Assembly (NCBI GenBank): GCA_965223875.1 | Contig: OZ245024.1 | Span: 4,810,315-4,874,314 of the forward strand | Direction: 5' to 3' | DNA length: 64,000 nt | Source: Candidatus Multivoradales bacterium | Lineage (GTDB): Bacteria; Acidobacteriota; Thermoanaerobaculia; Multivoradales; JAHEKO01 | Part shown: piece after piece, positions 58,352 through 64,000 of the stretch | Layout: the number at the start of each line of letters is the position of its first letter | How positions within the stretch are numbered: position 1 is the first letter of the stretch | Notes under the pieces: generated by a model | What the model was told of the DNA's origin: nothing | The model's database searches: none | The model's input: the letters and a program-made list of their open reading frames with translations, nothing else | Program-made: the position numbers and the translations under genes

Positions 58352-60630
58352 CCGCACACGACGACGGCCGCCGGGGGAGCGCCTGGCGTATCTGGATCGA
58401 TACCGGGGGCACTTTCACCGACTGTGTCGCCACCGATCCGCGCGGACGGACGACGCGGATCAAGGTGCTCTCGGACAGTTCCCTGCGCGGGACCGTCTCG
58501 GCCTCCGACACCTCTCGCAGGCCGGTGCTGGCGATGCCATGGACGCTCCCCGGCGACTTCCTGGCCGGGCGGGAGCTGCGCCTCGGTGCCCGACACGGTC
58601 GCTCGGCAAGGATCCTCGGGTCGGCCGCGGACGGGACGGTCGAGCTCGACGCCGACCTCGGGGCCGTCGTGGGTGAGCCCTGGGAGGTCCGCTTCGCCGA
58701 GGAGGTGCCGGTCCTCGCCGCTCACCTGGCCACCTCGACGCGCCCCGGAGACGCGCTTCCAGCGATCGCCATGCGACTGGCGACCACCCGGGCGACGAAC
58801 GCGCTCCTCGAGCGCAGCGGAGCGAGGACGCTGCTGGTGACGACTCGCGGCTTCGCCGATCTTCTGCGCATCGGCAGTCAGCAGCGGCCCGACCTGTTCG
58901 CCGCCGAGGTGCGGCTCGAGCCTCCGCTCCACGCCGGGGTGGTCGAGGTCGACGAGCGGCTGGACTCGGCCGGCCGAGAGGTGAGACCGCTCGACGAGGC
59001 CACACTCGAAGAGGCCCTCGGGGAGGCCCTCGGCGAGGCCGTCGGGGAGGCCGGTGCCGACGGCTACGAGGCCGCGGCGGTGGTCTTCCTGAACAGCTAT
59101 CGCGACGGAGGGCACGAGCGACGCGCGGCACGGGCGCTCGGCCACCTCGGAGTGCGGCACGTTTCGCGGTCGAGCGTGGTGGCGCCCCTCCAGGGAGCGG
59201 TGCCGCGAGGTCAGACCACGGTCGTCAACGCCTACCTCGCCCCGTCGATCGAGGACTACCTGGACGGCGTGGCGTCGTCGCTGCGTGACGGCCGGCTGAG
59301 GGTCATGACCAGCGCCGGTGGCCTGCAGGCGGCGGCCGAGGTGCGGCCGAAGGACTGCCTGCTGTCGGGGCCGGCGGGAGGCGTCGTCGGCGCCGTTCGG
59401 GCGGCCGCCGCCGCGGGCCTCGGCCGACTGATCTCTTTCGACATGGGCGGCACCTCGACCGACGTCGCCCGGTACGACGGCGAGTTCGACTACCGCTTCG
59501 AGACACGGATCGCCGGGACGCGCTTGATGGCGCCGACGCTTGCCATCGAGACCGTCGCGGCCGGCGGCGGGTCGGTCTGTCGATTCGAGGACGGGCGCCT
59601 GAGGGTCGGACCGCAGAGCGCCGGCGCGCGTCCGGGACCCGCCTGCTACGGCGGCGGCGGCCCGCTGGCGCTGACCGACGTCAACGTCCTGCTCGGTCGC
59701 CTGGATCCGGAGCGTTTCGAGATTCCTCTCTCGCGAGCGGCGGCCGACGAGCGGCTCGAGGAGCTGCTCGGCCGGCTCGAGGCCTCCGGTGAGACCCCCG
59801 GTGAGACCCCCGGTGAGACGCCAGTGCCCGAGGTCATCCTCAGCGGCCTGCTGGAGATCGCCAACGAGCGCATGGCGGAGGCGATTCGTCGCATCTCGGT
59901 GCGTCGCGGCTACGACCCGGCGGAGTTCGCGCTGGTCGCCTTCGGCGGCGCCGGCGGACAGCACGCCTGCGCCGTGGCGGCCCTGCTCGGCATGGAGACG
60001 ATTCTGGTGCCGGCCGACGCTTCGGTGCTGAGCGCCTGGGGCCTCGGACACGCCCGTCTCGAACGATTCGTCGAGCGGCAGGTCCTGGAGCCGCTCGAAC
60101 GCTTCGAAGACGGTGCCGCGGTCCGGCTCGAAGAGCTGGGAGAGGCGGCGCGTGAGGCGCTGATCGCCGAGGGTGTCGCGGCTGGAGAGGTCGAGGTCCG
60201 GAGAGTCATCCTGCGGCTGCGGCTGGCCGGGCAGGAGTCGACGATACCGGTCGACTTCGATGCCCGGCGGCCCCTGAGCGAGGTGTTCTCCGAAGCCTAC
60301 CGCTCGCGGTTCGGCTACGAGCCGCCCGAGCGCGATGTCGAAGTCGAATCGGTGCGGGTGGTCGCTTCGACCCGCCAGGAGCCGCTGCCCGAAGCGCCCG
60401 AGCGCGTCGCCGCCACGGCGACGCCGGTGTCCACGCGGCGATGCTTCCTCGACGGTGGCTGGCTGGAGGCGCCGGTCTTCGTCCGTGAGAGCCTGCGGGT
60501 CGGGGAGTCCCTGCGTGGCCCCGCCCTGGTCGTCGAACGCTTCGGCGCCGTGGTCGTCGAGTCGGGCTGGAGGTGTCGTGTCGGCCCGGCGGGCGGGCTG
60601 CTCTTGGAACGTTCGGAGGGGATGCCATGA
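58348..60630 (+). CDS. 5-oxoprolinase/hydantoinase A subunit (HyuA-like)
   Basis: IDTGGTFTD, ATTRATNALLER, LSGPAGG, FDMGGTSTDV, TVAAGGGS, GPQSAGARPGPACY and FGGAGGQHAC. Confidence 0.9.
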   Translation: MTAHDDGRRGSAWRIWIDTGGTFTDCVATDPRGRTTRIKVLSDSSLRGTVSASDTSRRPVLAMPWTLPGDFLAGRELRLGARHGRSARILGSAADGTVELDADLGAVVGEPWEVRFAEEVPVLAAHLATSTRPGDALPAIAMRLATTRATNALLERSGARTLLVTTRGFADLLRIGSQQRPDLFAAEVRLEPPLHAGVVEVDERLDSAGREVRPLDEATLEEALGEALGEAVGEAGADGYEAAAVVFLNSYRDGGHERRAARALGHLGVRHVSRSSVVAPLQGAVPRGQTTVVNAYLAPSIEDYLDGVASSLRDGRLRVMTSAGGLQAAAEVRPKDCLLSGPAGGVVGAVRAAAAAGLGRLISFDMGGTSTDVARYDGEFDYRFETRIAGTRLMAPTLAIETVAAGGGSVCRFEDGRLRVGPQSAGARPGPACYGGGGPLALTDVNVLLGRLDPERFEIPLSRAAADERLEELLGRLEASGETPGETPGETPVPEVILSGLLEIANERMAEAIRRISVRRGYDPAEFALVAFGGAGGQHACAVAALLGMETILVPADASVLSAWGLGHARLERFVERQVLEPLERFEDGAAVRLEELGEAAREALIAEGVAAGEVEVRRVILRLRLAGQESTIPVDFDARRPLSEVFSEAYRSRFGYEPPERDVEVESVRVVASTRQEPLPEAPERVAATATPVSTRRCFLDGGWLEAPVFVRESLRVGESLRGPALVVERFGAVVVESGWRCRVGPAGGLLLERSEGMP
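59011..59058 (+). repeat. Degenerate 12-bp tandem repeat (EALG-EALG-EAVG-EAGA) inside hyuA
   Basis: GAGGCCCTCGGG GAGGCCCTCGGC GAGGCCGTCGGG GAGGCCGGTGCC. Confidence 0.7.
59788..59823 (+). repeat. 12-bp tandem repeat x3 (GETP) inside hyuA
   Basis: GGTGAGACCCCC GGTGAGACCCCC GGTGAGACGCCA. Confidence 0.8.
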
Positions 60631-62171
60631 GGCGATCCGACGCCGTCGAGCTGGAGCTCTTCAAGAACCGCTTCACCGCGGTGGCCTGGGAGATGGGAGA
60701 GCTGATGCGGCGGGTGGCGATCTCGACCAACGTCAAGGAACGGCTCGACTACTCCTGCGGCGTTCTCGACCCTGCCGGACGCCTGGTGGTCAACGCGCCC
60801 CACATTCCGGTCCATCTGGGAGCACTGGGCGAGTGCGTCCGTGCGGTGGCGAGCGAGTTGCCGCTCGGACCCGGAGATGTGGCGGTGACCAACCACCCGG
60901 CCTACGGCGGCTCCCACCTGCCGGACATCACCGTGATATCTCCGGTGCACGACACCAACGGTGGCGCGCTCGGCTACGTGGCGACCCGCGCCCATCACGC
61001 CGAGCTGGGCGGGAGCCGGCCGGGCTCGATGCCTCCCTCTGCGACCCGTCTCGCCGATGAGGGGGTGGTGATCGCACCGCGCTACCTGGTCCGGGCGGGG
61101 GAGGCCGACTGGGACGGCATCGAGGCGCTGCTCGCCGGCGGTCCCTGGCCGAGCCGTTGCGTCGAGGAGAACCTCGCAGACCTCGAGGCGGCCGTGGCGG
61201 CGAACCACCGCGGCGCGACGGCGCTCGTCGGACTCGCGGAGCGCCACGGCGGCGATCGCGTGCTCGATTTCATGGGCCGGCTCGCCGGTTCCGCCCGGCG
61301 TTCGCTCGGCGCGGTGATCTCGACGGTGGGTAAGGGGCGTTTCACCGCCGTCGAACGGCTCGATGACGGGTCGCCGCTCGCCGTCACGATCGATGTCGAT
61401 CGAGGCCGCATCCACTTCGACTTCAGCGAGTCGGGGGCGGTGCACCCGGGGAATCTGAACGCCACCCCGTCGATCGTGCGCAGCGTGGTTCTCTACGTGC
61501 TGCGGCTCATCGCCGGAGGCGACGTACCGCTCAACGAAGGACTCCTCGATGACGTCGAGATCGTGCTCGGTGAGGGGTTGTTGAGTCCCGGGTTTCCCGA
61601 CGATCCCCGAGACTGTCCCGCGGTGGTCGGTGGCAACGTCGAGACCAGCCAGCGGCTCGTGGACCTCATTCTCAAGGCTTTCGGAGGCATGGCGTGTAGT
61701 CAGGGCACGATGAACAACGTGCTGTTCGGTGACGAGAGCTTCGGCTACTACGAGACGGTGTGCGGCGGCTGCGGCGCCGGCGACGGCTTCGATGGCGCCA
61801 GCGGCGCACACAGCCACATGACCAACACGGCGATCACCGACCCGGAGGTGCTCGAGCATCGCTACCCGGTACGGCTCGAGCGCTTCGCCATCCGGCGGGG
61901 CAGCGGGGGAGCGGGTCGTTGGAAGGGGGGTGACGGCGTGGTGAGAGAGATCCGGTTCCTGGCTCCACTGGCTCTGTCGGTGCTCGGACAGCACCGCGTC
62001 GAGAGACCCTACGGCATGGAGGGTGGCGAGCCGGGGGCGACGGCCCGTGTTCTGCTGCGCCGCGCCGACGGCGAGGAGGAGCGCCTGGGCCCGGTCGACG
62101 AGCGGGACGTCGCTGAGGGTGACTCGCTGCTTCTCGAGACGCCCGGCGGTGGCGGTTGGGGGAGCTCGTGA
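60627..62171 (+). CDS. 5-oxoprolinase/hydantoinase B subunit (HyuB-like)
   Basis: [68 protein letters not shown]; ATGA overlap. Confidence 0.9.
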   Translation: MRRSDAVELELFKNRFTAVAWEMGELMRRVAISTNVKERLDYSCGVLDPAGRLVVNAPHIPVHLGALGECVRAVASELPLGPGDVAVTNHPAYGGSHLPDITVISPVHDTNGGALGYVATRAHHAELGGSRPGSMPPSATRLADEGVVIAPRYLVRAGEADWDGIEALLAGGPWPSRCVEENLADLEAAVAANHRGATALVGLAERHGGDRVLDFMGRLAGSARRSLGAVISTVGKGRFTAVERLDDGSPLAVTIDVDRGRIHFDFSESGAVHPGNLNATPSIVRSVVLYVLRLIAGGDVPLNEGLLDDVEIVLGEGLLSPGFPDDPRDCPAVVGGNVETSQRLVDLILKAFGGMACSQGTMNNVLFGDESFGYYETVCGGCGAGDGFDGASGAHSHMTNTAITDPEVLEHRYPVRLERFAIRRGSGGAGRWKGGDGVVREIRFLAPLALSVLGQHRVERPYGMEGGEPGATARVLLRRADGEEERLGPVDERDVAEGDSLLLETPGGGGWGSS

Positions 62172-63487
62172 AGCGGCTCCTGTCGATCCTCTTCTGGTCG
62201 GTCATCGCCGCCGCCTTCATCGGTCCCGGCACGGTGACCACGGCGGCCAGCGCCGGAGCGGGTCACGGGTACGCGCTGCTCTGGGCGCTCGGGTTCTCGA
62301 CACTGGCCTGTCTGGTGCTGCAGGAGGCCGCCGGGAGGCTGCGACTGCTGTCGGGTCTCAGCCTCGGTGCGGCGTTGCGACGGCAGTTCCCCTCCGGCGG
62401 AGCGCGCTGGCTCGTCCTGGGTGTTGTTCTCGGGGCGATCCTGGTCGGCAACGCGGCCTACGAGGCCGGCAACATCCTCGGCGCGGTCTCGGGCGCCTCC
62501 CTCGTTCTCGGTCTGCCGGGCTGGGCCCTGACCCTCGCCTGCGGTCTCGTCGCCGCACTCCTCCTCTGGTTCAACGCTCCCGGCCGCGTGGCCCAGACGC
62601 TCGGTCTGCTGGTCGCGGTCATGGGAGTGGCGTTCCTGGTGATGGCGCTGGCGCTGCGACCGTCGCCACGGGCGATCCTCGAGGGCCTCCTGGTACCGAC
62701 CCTGCCGGCGGGAGCGGGTCTCCTGGCTCTCGGTCTCGTCGGGACGACCGTCGTTCCGTACAATCTGTTTCTCGGTTCGGGACTCGGCCGCGACGAAGAC
62801 CTCTCGACCTTCCGCTTCGGCCTCGCGGTCGCCGTTCTGTTGGGGGGCGCCATCTCGATGGCGATCCTGGTCGTCGGAACCCGGCTGGAGCCGCCCTTCT
62901 CCTTCGCGGCGCTTTCGCAGACGTTGACCGGGGGACTCGGAGGCTGGGCCGCCGGGCTCTTCGCGCTGGGTCTGTTCGCCGCTGGACTCTCCTCGGCGGT
63001 CACCGCGCCGCTGGCCTCGGCCCTGACCGCGCAGAGCGTTCTGTCGGCCGACGGCGAACGACGCTGGAGCGCCGGCGGCGGTGCCTATCGCGCGGTCTGG
63101 GCGGCGGTGCTGCTCGTCGGCCTGATCTTCGGGCTGAGCGGGGTGAAGCCGGTGCCGGTCATCCTCCTCGCTCAGGCACTCAACGGGGTTCTGCTTCCGG
63201 GTGTGGCCGTGTTCCTACTGATCGCGGTGAACGACCGGAGCCTGATGGGGCAGCGGGGTCTGAACGGCTGGTTCTCCAATGCGCTGATGTCGGCGGTGAC
63301 CGGGGTGGCTCTGCTTCTGGGTTGCGTCGCCGTCGCGCGCGCGGTCGCCGGTGCCGGTGGAGCCGAGGCTCCGCCGCTCTCGAGAGTCCTGCTGGCCGCC
63401 TCGGTTCTGGCGCTCCTCGGCGCCCTACCGATCGCGCGCTCGATCATGCGCCGTAGGGGCTCCGGCTCGGAGCGGCCGGCGCTTTAG
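62168..63487 (+). CDS. NRAMP-family (MntH/YcsG-like) transporter
   Basis: AAFIGPGTVTT, LQEAAGRL, GNAAYEAGN.LG, VGTTVVPYNLFL and AQALNG; GTGA overlap. Confidence 0.82.
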   Translation: MKRLLSILFWSVIAAAFIGPGTVTTAASAGAGHGYALLWALGFSTLACLVLQEAAGRLRLLSGLSLGAALRRQFPSGGARWLVLGVVLGAILVGNAAYEAGNILGAVSGASLVLGLPGWALTLACGLVAALLLWFNAPGRVAQTLGLLVAVMGVAFLVMALALRPSPRAILEGLLVPTLPAGAGLLALGLVGTTVVPYNLFLGSGLGRDEDLSTFRFGLAVAVLLGGAISMAILVVGTRLEPPFSFAALSQTLTGGLGGWAAGLFALGLFAAGLSSAVTAPLASALTAQSVLSADGERRWSAGGGAYRAVWAAVLLVGLIFGLSGVKPVPVILLAQALNGVLLPGVAVFLLIAVNDRSLMGQRGLNGWFSNALMSAVTGVALLLGCVAVARAVAGAGGAEAPPLSRVLLAASVLALLGALPIARSIMRRRGSGSERPAL

Positions 63488-63503
63488 TAGACTCGGTCCC
63501 GTC

Positions 63504-64000
63504 ATGCGACTGAGACTCCTGGCGATCGGACTCGCGTTGGTCACCGGCATCGGCTGCGCCACGAACCCGGCAACGGGCAAGAAGCAGCTCTCCTTCATCA
63601 GCGAGGAGAGCGAGATCGAGCTCGGGCGCAAGAGCCACGAAGAGGTTCTCGCCGCCTTCGGGGACTACGAAGACGATGAGCTCGAGGCCTACGTCCGTCG
63701 CGTCGGCGAGGAGCTCGCCGCGACCTCGGAGCGACCCGGGCTTCCCTGGTCCTTCGAAGTCCTGGACGACGCCTCGGTCAACGCCATGGCCCTTCCCGGT
63801 GGCTTCATCTACGTGACCCGGGGGATCCTCGCGCACATGAACTCCGAAGCCGAGTTGGCGGGGGTTCTGGGGCACGAGATCGGGCACGTGACGGCTCGGC
63901 ACTCGGTCAATCAGCTCAGCAAGCAGCAGCTCTACGGCGGGCTGTTCGCGGTCGGCATGATCGCCTCGCCGGAGCTGCGCGCGTTCGGCGACCTCGCCGG
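63504..64000 (+). CDS. M48 family metalloprotease lipoprotein (truncated by the window end)
   Basis: Lipobox GIGC, ATNPATGK.Q, VNAMALPGG.IYVTRG and HEIGH; not in the ORF track because no stop falls inside the window. Confidence 0.85.
   Translation, partial: MRLRLLAIGLALVTGIGCATNPATGKKQLSFISEESEIELGRKSHEEVLAAFGDYEDDELEAYVRRVGEELAATSERPGLPWSFEVLDDASVNAMALPGGFIYVTRGILAHMNSEAELAGVLGHEIGHVTARHSVNQLSKQQLYGGLFAVGMIASPELRAFGDLA

Noticed and set aside
60627-60630. hyuA/hyuB split as a frameshifted pseudogene of a fused oxoprolinase
   Set aside because: Clean ATGA coupling with an upstream GGAGG RBS; two-subunit forms are common.

Overview
64 kb of very GC-rich, densely coding bacterial chromosome with about 52 supportable CDS. 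The gene content (ECF/FecR-type modules, free TonB_C proteins, PE-LIG-POL LigD) suggests an Acidobacteriota-like organism; this is inference, not a database result. It is mostly a housekeeping and metabolic backbone: peptidases (S9, M19, M16, M48, Lon), mltA, efp, recJ, an AlkA-family glycosylase, ABC-F, Ku/LigD NHEJ, murJ, rpiB, a multicopper oxidase, an SSS symporter and a split 5-oxoprolinase/hydantoinase with an NRAMP-family transporter. I found no tRNA, rRNA or CRISPR array. The main features the ORF track hides are: (1) a probably exported DUF3179-family selenoprotein split by an in-frame UGA (W-U-P-L-A at the CPLC position) with a SECIS-like hairpin; (2) a class IIC group II intron inserted right after a terminator, whose RT core has been deleted in frame at an LD/LD junction; (3) a CTAG-IS1182-CTAG-MITE-CTAG tandem insertion at the stop codon of a MerR-HTH/TPR gene co-oriented with ku; (4) a nested 150-bp palindrome built from four REP-like units; (5) an unannotated ATP-grasp-like gene remnant; and (6) an ECF sigma / zinc-finger-FecR-large-domain anti-sigma / double ABC exporter module. 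Most very long ORFs in the track are antisense shadows.
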